Shown piece after piece: positions 19,204 to 33,692 of a DNA stretch of 64,000 bases. The notes beneath the pieces were generated by a model. It saw only the letters and a list, made by a program, of their open reading frames with translations, was not told the DNA's origin and did not search any database. Numbering within the stretch: the stretch's first letter is position 1; every line of letters begins with the position of its first letter. Made by a program: the position numbers and the translations under genes. Location: the NCBI RefSeq assembly GCF_009914755.1, contig NC_060933.1; one strand, 5' to 3'. The DNA comes from the human T2T-CHM13v2.0 reference genome, Homo sapiens.

Positions 19204-20421
19204 GTGAGTTTTACAGTGCGGGACTTTCAGGAAGATTTTATTCCTGTAGGACAAATTAATGATAGAAACACAAACAAGAGTAGGAATGGGGAAGGATTTC
19301 AGCCCAGAGGAAGCCTCAGCTCTAAAGATTAGTAATAATGAGAATTCAATGAGATGGAAAGAACACATTCTTCTGATCCTATGGAACCTCATGCTTTTTA
19401 TCACCTACATTATAATTTAGTGTCATTTCCCAGTCTCTGCTAAATACCCTGATTACACCAGTAAAAGGAAAATCCCCATTTGTCTAAGATTATCTTGATG
19501 CAGTCTATTATCTCCTAAATGAAAATCCTGTCTTTGTGAGGACAGGGATTGCCCTTTTCTTGTTCATCAGTATACCTCTATGCCTGATAGAGACCTTGGT
19601 ACAGAGTAGGTTCTCAATAATCATTTGAATGAAATAAATCCTGTGTACCACATAGCAGCTTCTCTGGAAACATCAAAAATCAAAGAACGAATGTCCTGTG
19701 AATGCCAGACAATCTGCTTGATTGTACTACAATGAAAAAACATCTTCTTTGCTCTCCTGCAGCACGTAACTAATTACAATGCAGACCAGTTTGTTAGAAG
19801 AAATATAACAGAGGTATAGATAGCAAGCCTTTAAACCACAAGGAAGGAAGTGATTAATTCTGTTTCACCCAGTGGAGAGGTGGTAATATAGGAAAAAACC
19901 TGCCCAAGGATTGAGGCCACTGTGAGCTTGTGAAGAGGCAGACGCTGGAGGTGCACTTGAGATACTGCTTTCAGGATGCTTGTGCCAAGAACATATGAAC
20001 CTTAATTTCTACTACTGGGCCTGTGTCTCCAAGCTATAAAGTTCATATGTAATGACCTTCATGATATGCCTTATTTGGAAGGAACTAGTTATCCCACCCC
20101 ATAACCAAGATTCTCATCACAACTATGTGAGGCATATTGTAGACACAAGAGGTGTATAAATAGCATAACCAACAGGACCTCCAGTTCTCAACCAAAGGAA
20201 AATGGGAAAATAGAAAATATCCTCCTAACTTCATAACATTTAGAGTCCCTTGGTGTGGACCAACTGCATCTCATTGAACAGTATCATGGACTGGACTCAT
20301 TCCATAAACTCAGATAGAAAAAGAAGTAGTACAAATTTAACACCAGGTTAATAGTACTTTCTCTTTTGCTGGACAATAGACTATAATTAAAATGCACTTC
20401 TTTTTAATCTTTTTTTCTCAG

Positions 20422-20463
20422 GGATTATTCAGTTTACTCTTTGGATGCCTCTAGGATCTGAAG
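20422..20463 (+). pseudogene. ADGRF5P: ADGRF5P 42-nt exon GLFSLLFGCL*DLK with premature stop
   Basis: ttctcag|GGA...AAG|gtaag. TAG at 20452-20454 where the parent has Trp. Confidence 0.92.
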
Positions 20464-20552
20464 GTAAGAGCAATGACAGTTTCATGTTTCTAGAAAAGCG
20501 TGAAGTGCTTCTGGCATGTTGAAGTTACGATAGCTTCTTTTTAACAATGCAG

Positions 20553-20612
20553 GTACAGGAAGCTTTGCTGAATAAGTTTTCATTGTCGAGATGGTCTTCA
20601 CAGCACTCAAAG
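20553..20612 (+). pseudogene. ADGRF5P: ADGRF5P 60-nt exon VQEALLNKFSLSRWSSQHSK
   Basis: tgcag|GTA...AAG|gtaaac. Translation matches the ADGRF5 cytoplasmic tail. Confidence 0.92.
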
Positions 20613-21271
20613 GTAAACCTTTTCTCTGCAGAGACTTTTCATTTTATAACCTCATGTATTCCACTAGCATTCTGAAGTACAGAGTACTAAATTTTTTCTT
20701 CAGGATTTTGATCAATTAGTCTAAATATATTGCATCCTCAAACCCATCTCCCTCAACAGCTATATTTGGCATAGATCATTCAATTGTTTTTGCTTCTCAA
20801 GTCATTCTGCCTATTAAACAGAGCCATAGAGCTGTCATTGAGATGCTACTCCACATACTTAAATAGGGTTTAAAATAATATATGATATAAACTGAAGGTT
20901 GAAATCAAATGTTCAATGAGAAGCAGTCTTCTGGGGGGATTCAAGGCATTAGAGAAAACAAGTTGAAGAATAATAATGGATAAAATTTTCTATAGCTCAT
21001 TTTGGAACATAACTATTGCCCTTGGATATATCTGACTGCCTTTCACATGTCAGAAAATACTAGAAGCCTAACAAACAATAAAACTTGTATTTGACAGTTA
21101 TTTTTCTAATACAGATGACAAGATTCCAGTATTTTAATGTGACCTCTGGGAGTGGGACTAGAGATGCCGGCAGTGACCACTAGAGGGTGGAAAATCAATC
21201 CTCCTAGTGATGTAAACAGCTTTGGTCCCACAAATTTGCTTTGTGATTTTCCCTTTTTTTCTCTCTTCTAG

Positions 21272-21356
21272 TCAACATCCCTGGGTTCATCCACACCTGT
21301 GTTTTCTATGAGTTCTCCAATATCAAGGAGATTTAACAGTTTGTTTGGTAAAACAG
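21272..21356 (+). pseudogene. ADGRF5P: ADGRF5P 85-nt exon STSLGSSTPVFSMSSPISRRFNSLFGKT
   Basis: Polypyrimidine tract then ctag|TCA...ACAG|gtgagt. Confidence 0.92.
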
Positions 21357-23013
21357 GTGAGTAGTGGCCTCTATGTTCTCCCTGCTTGCCCAGAACACAT
21401 TTGGTCAAATGGGGAGCCTCAACACCCCTACTCTTTCACCCCACTCATGGCATTTACCTAAAATGTCCTCTTTTGGGGTAGAGGTTAAATAGAGGAACTT
21501 ACATTTTCACAAATCACCAAAAAGTGGGTACAGAGGGCAGCTGCCTTTGTTGGGAACTTATAATAACTCATAAAGAATAAGATTTGGAGAATCTAGACAA
21601 TGATTTGGAGAGCTGTCTGTCAAAATATCATCCATCAAAATGAGAACTGTAAATTGCTGGCCTTGTCAAACACAGAGTTCTTCTCAAATTATGTCAAATA
21701 AGAGTAGATAGGTCATGTTTCAGGGTTAAGGGGCAGCAAAGAATACATTTAGAAAATCTTACTACAGGATCTCACTATGTAGGTTTGTTTTCCTTTTGTG
21801 TTTTTTTTATAAAGTGTGCTTGTGTTACACATGGAAGCACATAGAAGTGTGCTTGCATTACATAAGGGATCCCCCTAGTTAGCTATTCTATTAGAAATAT
21901 TCACAGTTAAATTTCTACCTTGGAGATATGAAATGAATGGAATTAATAACTTTGGGCAACAGATCTCAGCTATTCTAGCAAATTGAAACCCCTGTCCCAT
22001 GCCACCATCCCTCCCCCACAGGAAAATAAGCCCCAGGATTTCTTCTAGCTTTTTGAAACTCAACAGATCTCACAAATGCAGAGTTGAGAAATGCATCAAT
22101 GTTCCAGATTAAGGCTTTTCACATACAAGCAAATTTTGTGAATGCCTATAACTGTTAAAACTCCAGAGGACTTGGGTTCTTTTCTGCTTCAATTTGATGA
22201 ATTACCCATGAAACTGGGGGACCTTCACTTCTGATTATGAAAGTCCCAATTGGGCATGTTTGGGGGCCCCATAAGTACCATAATTTGGTTTATGTTGTCA
22301 GCAGCCCCTAAGATCACCCCAGGCCATGACAGAAACTTTGTTAGCGGTGGCGGTTCAGCAATTTGATGGTAGGGTGGGCACTTCAACCCTTTTCTTGCCC
22401 GACACACACTCTCCACCCACTCCCTGTGCACAGTCCCCACCTCCACGCAGACACAAGCCTGTGCAGTTGCTCAGAGACTGCCTTCCTTGCTGCACTGATT
22501 CTCAGCAGTTCTGTTGACGTTCCTGACTCCTGCTTCTTTTCTGGTCCTGCCTTTTCTCTCCCTATAATTTTCTCTTTTCTTTCCCTTTACTCTCTTTACA
22601 AACCTCCACTTTCAGTAGAGCCTCCAGGTGCCTCCCAAGAGCTTCCGTAAGTCACCACAACCCAAGAGGACCAGGGAGATTCCCTCATGCAGATGTTCCC
22701 AGACCATGCATGTGATGGCATATGGAGGGCTTCCCACCTTGACATCTTCCTGTCCTTTGTAGAAACCTGGCTGCTGGTATGATGTGAAGAAGTGACTGCT
22801 TGTTGGCTGCCACACATGCATGAGAATGACAACTCTGTTAGTTCTCTGGCATTTCTAGGTCTTGGGAGGAGGGCAGGTATGGGTTGGTTTCCAGGCATGG
22901 CTGAGTTTACCTAGTGCCTAGACCACTGCTCCCCTGGGTCCCTTAGGAGATATTCACACCCCAAAGTTCATGATGGCTTGTCTTCAAGGCTGAGTTGCTG
23001 CTCTTTTTTTCAG

Positions 23014-24560
23014 GAACATATAATGTTTCCAACCCAGAAGCAACCAGCTCATCCCTGGAAAACTCATCCAGTGCTTATTCGTTGCTCAACTAAGAACTGG
23101 ATAATCCAACATACGTGACCTCCTGGGGACAGTGGATGGATGTACTTTTAAAAAGAGATCCTTGCAAAGCAATGGAGAACGTGTTCTTGGGGCAGGTTTC
23201 CAGGAGCAGATGCCAAAAAGACTTTCATAGAGAAGAGGCTTTCTTTTGTAAAGACAGACTGAAAATAATTGTTATGTTTATGTTTGTTCCCTCCCCCTCC
23301 CCCTCCCCCTTGTGTGATACCACATGTATATAGTATTTAAGTGAAACTCAAGCCCCCGAAGGCCCAACTTCTCTGTCTATACTGTAATATAGAATTTCAA
23401 AGAGACATTTTCACTTTCTACACATTGGGCACAAAGATAAGCTTTGATTAAAATAGTAAGTAAAAGACAACCTAGGAAATACTTCAGTGAATTCTAGGAA
23501 GGAAGGAAGAAAGGAAGGAAAGAAGGGAGGGAAACAGGAAGAAAGGGAAAAAGAAGAAAAAGAGAAAGATGAAAATAGGAACAAATATAGACAAACAACA
23601 TTAAGGGCCACGTTTTAAGATTTCCATGTTAATGATCTAATATAATCACTCAGATAGTGCAACATTGAGAATTTTTTTTAATGGCTCAAAAATGGAAACT
23701 GAAAGTAAGTCATGGGGAATGAATACTTTGGGCAGTGTCTTCCTGATGTCTTCTTAGCTAAGAGGAGAAAAAAAAGGCTGAAAAAATAGGGAGGAAATTC
23801 CTTCATCAGAACGACTTCAAGTGGATAATAATATTTATAAGAAATGAATGGAAGGAAATATGATTCTCCTGAGGATAACTTTGTATGTTAAGGTTTGAAC
23901 TAAGTGACTGTATCTACAGAGGAAGTATTATAAAGATACGTCATTAGATCCAAGTGCTGATTGAATTTTTATCGTTTATCAGAAAAGCCTTGTATTTTAG
24001 TTCGTTCCATATTTTGAAAGCAAAAAATATATATTTTATATACCTTTCAATTGCCAAATTTGATATATTGCGCTGAAGACAGACCCTGTCATATATTTAA
24101 TGGCTTCAAGCAGGTACTTCTCTGTGCATTATAGAATATATTTTAATAATCTTATTGCATTGTACATTATTATTGCTGTTGTCACTGTTATTGTTACTGT
24201 GGATAATGGCCCTTGGTGTGTTGCATAGCTCCCTAGGTATTCTCTGTTTCCATCTTTACTTTCCCACACCAATATACATTAAGCATTTTGCATGGTCTAA
24301 CTTGTGTTTATTCCAACCACTTGGAAAACTCCTGGAAAGAAATTTTACATTTGGCTGTTCTATGCTGCTAATGACACTTGACCTTGTTGAACAAATGGCA
24401 GAGACTTTCCCAAGGATTTGATTGTTTGTGAATTATCTGCATGTGTACTTTCTTTTTGTGTGTATGTATTTCATTAAAAAATATAAATACTTATGAAAAT
24501 TGCATCCATATTAGAGTTAACCATGTGCTATTGATACAGCAACCCTACATTGCAAATAAA
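23014..24560 (+). pseudogene. ADGRF5P: ADGRF5P terminal exon (native stop TAA 23091-23093) with 3'UTR
   Basis: ttttcag|GAACATATAATG...CTCAACTAA. Poly(A) signal candidates ATTAAA 24473-24478 and AATAAA 24555-24560. The 3' end is approximate. Confidence 0.85.
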
Positions 24561-26730
24561 AGTCCGATCCCAAAAGGAGAATGAGACAAAAATAGAGATG
24601 TGGGGCTACTTAGGATATGTGGGCTGTGTGGCAACAGAAATGGGCCCAGCCATTAGGAAGATGGGGCAAAAGAGGCTGAGATTCAACAGCCATTTCTTTA
24701 TTGAGGTTCAAAGGAGTTTTCTTTTAATATTTTAACCCTTTAAAATATCTTCTTTTTATTTTTAATTTTAAATTCTACTTAAATTCTACTTCTGCCTCTC
24801 TTTTCTTCATGGGGAAGGAGAGGTATGGGACAGAGGTGGGACAGTTGATGTAAATGAACTCTTTATTTCTACATATTCACAAATTACATAGACATCTACT
24901 TCCACATTTGCCTGAGAATTGTCACATCACTGTCCCAAATGAATGGTGCATTACTGAAAGTCCCTAAAGGAAATCATTGTTATGCTATAAGTGCATGCCT
25001 TGTTCTTCAGGAATGATCAACTTTGGGCAGAGCTTGATACTAAGAAGATGGAGACAGAGGTTGGGTTGGGGGAAATCCCTTGAATTAGAATTAGAATTAG
25101 AGAAAGAAGGCCTTTGACTGATTTGGTTCCTGGAGTTATATCAAGAAGAATCGAGCCAGGCTTGGAGCACGATGTTAGCAGGGCTATCTTGACATGATCA
25201 ATCAAGGAAAGCACACAGTGTCAGGAGCAGGATGTGGTTGTCATGTTCAAAAATCCAGTGGGGCAAGAAACGCTGAACTTCCACCCACTTCAGCCAGGAT
25301 CCCTTGGGGAATCACTGTGTTCAACCCTGTGAAGGGAACTTTCATCATAGCAGGAGCCTGTGGGAGTTACACAGGATGTGGATCTGGCCCACTGCTCCAT
25401 TTGTTAACTGGGGCATGTTCCCTTATCCCCAACACACACAAATACACACATGCACACTTGTGCACATGTGCACATACATGCATGCATGCGTTTCACCCTT
25501 TCAAGCCACAGCACTGGGTCCAAATTCCAGAAAAGCTATGAAAGCAAATAATTGGAGAAACACTTGCTGGTTTTCTGCCCACTGCAATACACATTAGCCC
25601 AGCCACTACGCTTTCCCAGGAAAATCCTAAAATGAACAGTAGAATTCAAAATTGTAGAACAGCAGTTATGAAGCTGAGAATTTTATGAATGCAGGAGCCT
25701 CATTTGGCCCTGAGGTTGCCATCTCTCAATCAGTAATGATTACAAGGCTATTAGTAGCAGATTCCTGAGAATGAAGGCACATGGAGTTGTGTGATCTACT
25801 TTGTTCGTAAGGTGCCCAGTGCTTCCCTGTGTTCCTGACATCTCTCAGTGTATAAAGTCCATTCCCTGAGCCTAAACTTTCTTGCATTAAGAGCTTTCCA
25901 TTAAGTCAGTTTCTTGCAAAGGGCTTTGTCCTAATGAGTCAGAGTCTGTGAGGTTAGAACATTCACAAATGAGAAGCTAATACAGATTATAGGAATATTC
26001 TCTGGGAATATTCTAAGTCCAGACTAACACATCATCTCTTGAGTAAGCCAGATGTCTGCTATCCTCCTCCCCCACTTCTTATTGTTTACATGGGGAAATG
26101 GTTAAATAAACGTCTGTGGGATTTTCAGGTTTTTGCTAAGGCCAGAAATTAAGAAAGACTGTGGGAAGTCACGGCCTTTTGTGGTTTGTATAGAGAATTT
26201 CAAAGAGATCCATGTTGGAATGCTTCAGGAAAAAAAAAAAAAAGTTACATGGAGATGAGAAAGATTACAGTAATTACTAAGTATAGGAAGGAGGTGTGGG
26301 CGAGTTATTGAGGTGAATGGAGCAGGAAGTCACACTCATGAAGAAAAAAAGAAATAGGTGGTCCTAGAAATGCCAGGTAGGTGGAATGCGTTTATTTTGT
26401 GCCATGTGATGGTGAAGTCAAATAAGCCCTCCTCATCCAAAAGAGAAAACCCAGTGAGTGACCCAGGCCAGTAAAAGACTGATTCTTCAAGTGTCCAAAA
26501 TGAAGGTGGAACTTACAGGGAACTTACCTCTTGATTGTGTTTTTAAAAGGGCAACCGGAATAGCGTCTCATCATTTCAAGAGGACAGTAGTTTAGCTTTA
26601 ATATTAGGTTCTGTTGGTTTCTAAAATTATCACTTGGGATTTAAAATCACATCATGTATGCCAGCACACAAATATGCTTCCTTTCCATACTATAACAATG
26701 AAATATCTAATGAGATCTCGTGAGCTGTCT

Positions 26731-27792
26731 TATCGGGGGACCTGCCCCGATAATCACGTAGGTTCTTTTCTATTTTCCTAAGCGTCGACTGGCTTGAGAA
26801 ATAAAAGGACAGAGTGCAAAGGAGAGAAATTTTAAAGGTGGAAGTCCGGGGGAGACATCACACATTGGTAGGATCTGTGATGCCCCACAAGCCACAAAAA
26901 CCAGCAAGTTTTTATTAGGGATTTTCAAAAGGGGAGGGTGTGTGCGAATATGTGTGGGTGACAGACATCAAGTACTTAACAGGGTAATAGAATATCACAA
27001 GGCAAGTGGAGGCAGGGCGAGATCACAGGACCACAGGATGGAGGCGAAATTAAAATTGCTAATGAAGTTAGCACCATTGTCATTGATAACATCTTATCAG
27101 GAGGCAGGGTTTTGAGATCAACCTGTCTGACCAAAATTTATTAGGCAGGAATTTCCTCTTCCTAATAAGCCTGGGAGTGCTATGGGAGACTGGAGTTTAT
27201 TTCACCTGTGCAATCTCGACCATAAGAGACAGGTACGCCCCGGGGGGGCCAGTTCAGAGACCTACCCCTAGGTGTGCATTCTCTTTCTCAGGGACGTTCC
27301 ATGCTGGGAAAAAGAATTCATCGATATTTCTCCCATTTGCTTTTGAAAGAAGAGAAATATGGCTCTGTTCTGCCCGGCTCACCGGCGGTCAGAGTTTAAG
27401 GTTATCTCTCTTATTCCCTGAACAATTGCTGTTATCCTCTTCTTTTTTCAGGGTGCCCACGTTTCGTATTGCTCAGACACACATGCTGTACAATTTGTGT
27501 AGTTAACGCAATTATTACAAGGTCCTGGAACGATATACATCCTCCTCAACTGACAGGATTAAGAGATTAAAGACAGGAATAGGAAATTACAAGGGTATTG
27601 ATTGGGGAAGTGATAAGTGTCCATGAAATCTTTACAATTTATGTTTAGAGATTGCAGTAAAGACAGGCATAAGAAATTACAAAAGTATTAATTTGGGGAA
27701 CTAATAAATGTCCATAAAATCTTCACAATCCACGTTCTTCTGCCATGGCTTCAGCCGGTCCCTCCGTTTGGGGTCCCTGACTTCCAGCAACA
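26731..27792 (-). mobile_element. MER11 (HERV-K11/HML-8) solo LTR, B/C-like
   Basis: tatcgggggacctgcccc...cctgacttccagcaaca with perfect 6-bp TSD CTGTCT and internal subrepeats. Confidence 0.9.
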
Positions 27793-28311
27793 CTGTCTCT
27801 GTAGTAATTGTTTGCCTTCTTGCAATGCGGTGCTGCTGCCTCTCAGGCTTCCGCATGTCACCCAGAATGCAGCTCTATTCTCCAAACAGCGAACGATCCT
27901 TTCCATCTTCCAGGTATGGGGGAGGCCGGCAGCTCGCCCCTGAGCTCAACTGGCTGGCAGGGCTGATGGCTTCCCTCACACCATCTGCATTCCCAAGCCG
28001 TGTGCAAAGATCCAGCACGTTATAGAAGGTTTAAACAAGGGTCCTTGAAGTAAAGTTTTCAGAACCAATTGTCTGACGAACAAACAGATGCCTGTTCCAA
28101 CATTTGTGTGAGGATGGCTTGAAATTTTCATTGACAGCTGAAAATAGAGCCCTCATGTCCTATAGATGAATATAAAGGATGTGAGGGCTCTATTTATCCT
28201 CTAGCACATTCTAGACGGAAACCAAGTTTCCCACTTTTAGTGGACAGAAGAAGAAAAGAGGGGAGATGGGCCAACTCCCGAAGTCCGCTCTATGCCAGAC
28301 ACAAGTTCTGA

Positions 28312-28687
<376 letters not shown>

Positions 28688-29628
28688 ATTCTTAAATAAT
28701 TTTATACACACCCATTTTCCCCCTTTTACCTGTAAACTTTGAAATGAAGTTGAAAGGCCACCAGTGTCCATGACAGGTCCCTCTGCACACATGGTGGCAT
28801 GGTTAGGAGATACATGAGCCTGTTCCCACCCCAGGGTTTTTATTCTGTCATGCAGAGCCATGTGAAGGATGCCGGTGACTATTGAAGCCTAAACAGAACA
28901 AACCCAGGAGCCCGGGGGGGAAAATGGCTTTATTCTCAGTATGAAAGTCAAGAGCACCTGATTGGGCAAGTGGTGGGCAGATTGCTGTCACGGCCCACTT
29001 CCGATGACATTAAACAACAAAACCCAGGAATGACTTTGGACCCTGCCTTTTTCGGATTTTGATTGGTGCCATCCTGGTTCTTCCATCCTGCCAGCCAGCC
29101 GGCACCCCAGCAGTTGCGGGAAAAGGAATTTGACTTTGATTAACCGAGAAAAACGGTGCATGCGTTTTCTGTTTTTTCTGGAACTGTGAGGGTTTTCCCA
29201 TGCCCCAGGGGCTCCCTCACAGCTATCCTATCCCAAGCATTCCCGACAGGAATCTCCAGCTGGGTTGGAGTGACAGCTGGCTTCCAGCACCGCAGCTCCG
29301 CAACCACTGCTGGCGTCTCCTGAGGCTCGCGCGCCCCTGGTGGGCGTGAGAGGAGGCGTCCCCGCGGCGGTCCGGCCTCAGGAAGCCCGTGGGAGGCAGA
29401 GTCAGTCCCGCGGATGACGCGCCCAGTGGGCTACGTTCAGGAAGTCATTTGATCATATGGGCAGAGCGAAGGTCAAGGCATAGTGGATAACAGAAACCAG
29501 AAATGAAAAAAAATCTCTTTCACTCCCGCCTCCTAACTTTCATATTATGATCCTTACAGGGGAAAGGGTAGTCAGAAAGCCACGTAGGACTGTGGAGGGA
29601 GGGAAATCCCAGTCACGTCGTTTCAGTG

Positions 29629-30076
29629 CGTGAAAGGCAAAGGAAATTTCGGGCCCCCAATCACTATGCAAAAAGGAAAAAATTAAGATGGAAGCTGAGC
29701 CATGCAAGAAACAGCCTTTTCCTTCTATTGCTAAGAAAGTAGCTAACAAATGAAAGGCCAGATATCTCCACAGAGAGCTACACTAGGTACACCTTTTATG
29801 TAAAGTACTGATTTACTGAGATGAATACATCACTGACTATTTTCCTACCTGCTCCTTTTCTCCTGCAATGCATGGATTATGCCATGTGACCATACTCTCC
29901 CTCTTTCGCCTCCACTTTTCCCCTTTAAATACTGAAACCTTCAAAATATCTTTGCAGAAAGACACAGACCACAGGCTGTCTCTGTGATTGTGTGTTCCAT
30001 TCTTCCAGGCATGTTCTTAACCTTGGTAAAATAAACTTCTAAGTTGATTGAGACCTGTCTCAGAGACTGGTTTACA
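29629..30076 (+). mobile_element. MER4-group ERV1 solo LTR
   Basis: gtgaaagg...aataaacttctaagttgattgagacctgtctcaga...ggtttaca with 4-bp TSD AGTG. Confidence 0.8.
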
Positions 30077-33000
30077 AGTGTGCATAGCACACCTACAGGC
30101 AGGCATACATTTCTGAGGCATACTCGCTGAGATAGCTCCTTCCTTTCTCTGTCCCCCCCTTACTGACTGAATCTCATTTATGGCACTAACAGCAAAGCTG
30201 AAAGCCCCAGAAAAGATCTGGTTCACCCATTCCAGATAGGCTGCTGGAAGGTCGTTTGAGGAAGAAAAATGGGTGCCTTCCATGTTTCATGGGAACCCAA
30301 TACTTTTTCCATCAAGGCAGCTGCAAAAGGATTAACATAGGTGGTCTTATTCCCTTTTCTAATTCATCCATTGAAAGCCACTGCTGGCCTGGATTTTCAT
30401 TTTCAATCCATCATGAATCTACAGATGAATCTGCAGCTATCCGAGGGCAATCTGACAGTCCAGCCAGCAGCTGAGGCTGGATGGCAAGTTCCTATCCTCT
30501 GAGCACACATTGCTAACGTGTGATCCGAGAAGACCCAGGAGAAGTCAACAGGGCCAACTGCCGGCAGGGCTGGTCCTTGGTGTAGAGGGACAAGCTGAAC
30601 TGGCCTTAAGTAATGAGGCAGACAGCTTCCCAGTTTGGGGGGATGTCACGCACCTTGGCCTGTTGCTCCTATACCCTTGGAATAGCTCTCACACCTTCTC
30701 CTTCATGTTGGACATTCCTTTTACAAAAACAGAAATCTCAAAGACAGATAAAGTTAAGAAGATTAATCTCAGGTTAATCTCAAGGAGAGAAAAGGTATGC
30801 AAATACACCTCTGGGTGAGAAACACAGTAACTTAAATTTACCCTCGAATGGAAATGGCTGGTAACTATATAAATATATTAACCAACATTTTTTGAGCCCT
30901 TTCTGTGTACCTGCTGCTGTTCTAAGATTTTTATGCGTATAATCTCATTTAAACTCTATAGCAAACCAAAAGTAACTAAATATTCTTTTTCTTTGCATTT
31001 TTGGAGGAAAAAGCTAAGCACAGAGAGGTAAATAACTTACCCACAGTCACACAGCTGAGGACCAGTAGAATCAGGATCTAAATGCAGTGTCTGACCTAGA
31101 ACATGGGCATGAATCCACCACCTTATATTGCTTCTCTATGCAACCTGATGCCAGTTACTTGCTTAAAAGTAGGCTTCCGTAGCAGGAAGAGTTTCAAATG
31201 CAAAAAATGATAGGGAGAACGACAGTGACAGAGAGGTTGGAGGAGTTAAGGCTTCTCCAAGCTTCATCTCACTTTATAATTCCACCTTGGGGCAGCCCAG
31301 GACATAATGACCAATGTTCTGGGCAAACTTCAGAGTGTGCCTACTTCCTTTTTAAGTCTCTGGTGAAACATCAAAGAATTCCTGCTGTGCTGCTTTATTG
31401 AAAGTAGATCTCAACTTAGTTATCTGGTGGACCCCCCAGCTTGAGTCTTCAGTCAAGTGAGCTTCTTGTAAGGTCTCAATCACCAGCGTTGTTTTTATTT
31501 TCATCTCAGATCTATCAAGAATTCTTGGCGTGTTGAATGGCATTTAGACATGTAGGAAGGCAATATGGCTTCCCAGAAATGAAGCGTGATTCTGAGGCTA
31601 TGTTTAAACATATCAAGTGGAGAATTGGGACATTTGTCCTAATACGTTTAGCTAAGTCATGATTTTCCTTCTGATATGCAGACTGAAACAGCAGCTGATT
31701 TGCTACTTGAATGCTTTGCATTCTCTGCTTCATTTTGCATGGACAGGGGTATTGGGCTGTTCTTCAGCATTGATTGACAGCCAGTTTGGCAAATGTGGTA
31801 TGGTGGTTAACAGCATTGGTTCTCGAGCCAAACTGTGTGCTTTTCAGTTGTAGGTCCACCACTTCTTAGTTTGATTTTTGGTAAAATAACTCTTTCTGCC
31901 TCAATTTACACTATGTGAAAGGAAATAATAATGGTACATGCTCTATGGGTTGTTATAAAATTCTTATAAAGCCTACAAAATCATATCTGGCATGCAATTA
32001 TTGCTGAATAAAGTTAGCCTTCATTATTTTGCATCTTACTGTGTGTGCATAAAAACTATAGTAGATATGTATCATACACACATATATAAATCATGCATCA
32101 CGACTTAGCCAAATTTATTAGGGCAAATGTTTCAATTCTCCTCCTGATATATTTAAACACAGCCTCAGAATCACACTTCATTCCTGAGAAGTCATACTTT
32201 CTTCCTACGTGTCTAAATAATATCCAACACTCAGAATTCTTGATAGATCTTGACAGAACTCAGATTTAGACGCCGGTTCTATTCAGAATCAAACTACATA
32301 TGCCTTTCACATTGTCACATTTAATTCATGCTTAAGAGCTTTTGAGAGTAATGTCAAAGGTATGTGACATCCTAAATCATAACTTTATCAAGGTTTGAGT
32401 TTAAATCGTGCTCATTATGAAGCCAGAATGGGTGAGTAATTCACATAACAAGTGTGTGAGCCTGGTTAACTTCCCCATGTCTGCATTTCAAATCAGTTTT
32501 GGTAATCTTACATATTACATAATTTTATTTAATCTTCAAACTAATTTCATTATTTCTTTTCTTTACAAATGAGCCAATTATGCACTATAACAGTGGTGTT
32601 AATTAAGGCTTTCTCAGTCACAGGTAACAGAACCACAATCAAATTAGTTTAACAAAAGTGGGCACTTACCATGTAACTGGGAAAGATAGTAGATTGGTAC
32701 ACCTTCAGGTACAGCTAGATTCAGGTGCCCAAACAGTGTTCTCAGAGTTCTGGCTCTTCCTTTTGTGTTGTTGCCTCTCTTTGTGTATTCATTTCATTCC
32801 AAGGTAGATCTTCAAGGAGAGGAATTTATGAGGTCCACAGAACAATAGATTGAGATTTAAAAAGAAGACTAACCCTTTTCTTCTCCAAATGTTCATGTAT
32901 ATGTGGCAGTACAGGGTATCATGATTGGCTTAGTCTGAGCCATGTGCTGGCCCCATAGAAATAATTATATCCATTAGGATCATGTTTTCTGTGAATGCCA

Positions 33001-33324
33001 GACATTCAAAATAATAGCGACTTAAAGTAGAAGTTTATTTCTCTAACACAGATAAGCAGCCCAAGACTGGTGTGGCAGCCTGGCTTGGTGCAGTCCTCAG
33101 AAATCCAGATACTTTCTATTTTTTTAATCTGCTTTTCCCAAGGTCACCACATGGCCCCATTTGGCAGCTCTCACTCTGGCCATTACATCCCCTTATCAGT
33201 CATTAGGATAGAAGAAGGGACTACAGGTGTGCACCAAGACTCCTTTAGGAAAGTTTCCCAGAAGCTCACATGCAACATTCCTTCTTCCATTCCACTGGCC
33301 TGAATTTGATCACACTACCTCACT

Positions 33325-33692
33325 GTATCAGTCTGCTTTCACGCTGCTATAAAGAACTACCTGAGACTGGGTAACTTATAAAGGAAAGAGATTTAATTGA
33401 CTAGCAATTCTGCAAGGCTGGGGAAGGCTTAGGAAACTTACAATCATAGTGGAAAGCAAAGGGGAAGCAAGGCACATCTTACATGGTAGCAAGACTTGAA
33501 AAGTGAGAGAACAAGGAGGTGTGCCACACTTTAAAACCATCAGCTCCATGAGAACTCACTTACTATCACAAGAACAGCATGGGGGAAGCCACCCCCATGA
33601 TCCAATAACCTCTCACCAGTTCCCTCCCTCCACACATGGGGATTACAATTCAAGATGAGATTTGGATGGGGACACAGAGACAAACGATATCA
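33325..33692 (-). mobile_element. MSTA/THE1-type LTR nested in older MLT1 fragments (~32600-33800)
   Basis: tgtatcagtctgctttcacgctgctataaagaactacctgagactggg...gatatca. Confidence 0.85.

Larger units (their letters stand above)
17807..24560 (+). pseudogene. ADGRF5P: Unprocessed, 5'-truncated pseudogene of adhesion GPCR ADGRF5/GPR116 (last five exons, introns and 3'UTR)
   Basis: Exons translate to ADGRF5 C-terminal sequence (HVLSTVNVILGKPVLNTW...CDHLTSFSILMS...YNVSNPEATSSSLENSSSAYSLLN*). All exons have AG/GT ends. Lesions: two +1 frameshifts (~18845, ~19113) and a nonsense TAG (20452-20454). No upstream ADGRF5 exons are visible. Which numbered paralogue this is cannot be decided. Confidence 0.95.

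Noticed and set aside
17810-19207. 465-aa ORF as a functional GPCR gene
   Set aside because: It starts at a GTG just inside an internal exon, frameshifts in TM4, has a nonsense codon in the next exon, and lacks all N-terminal exons.
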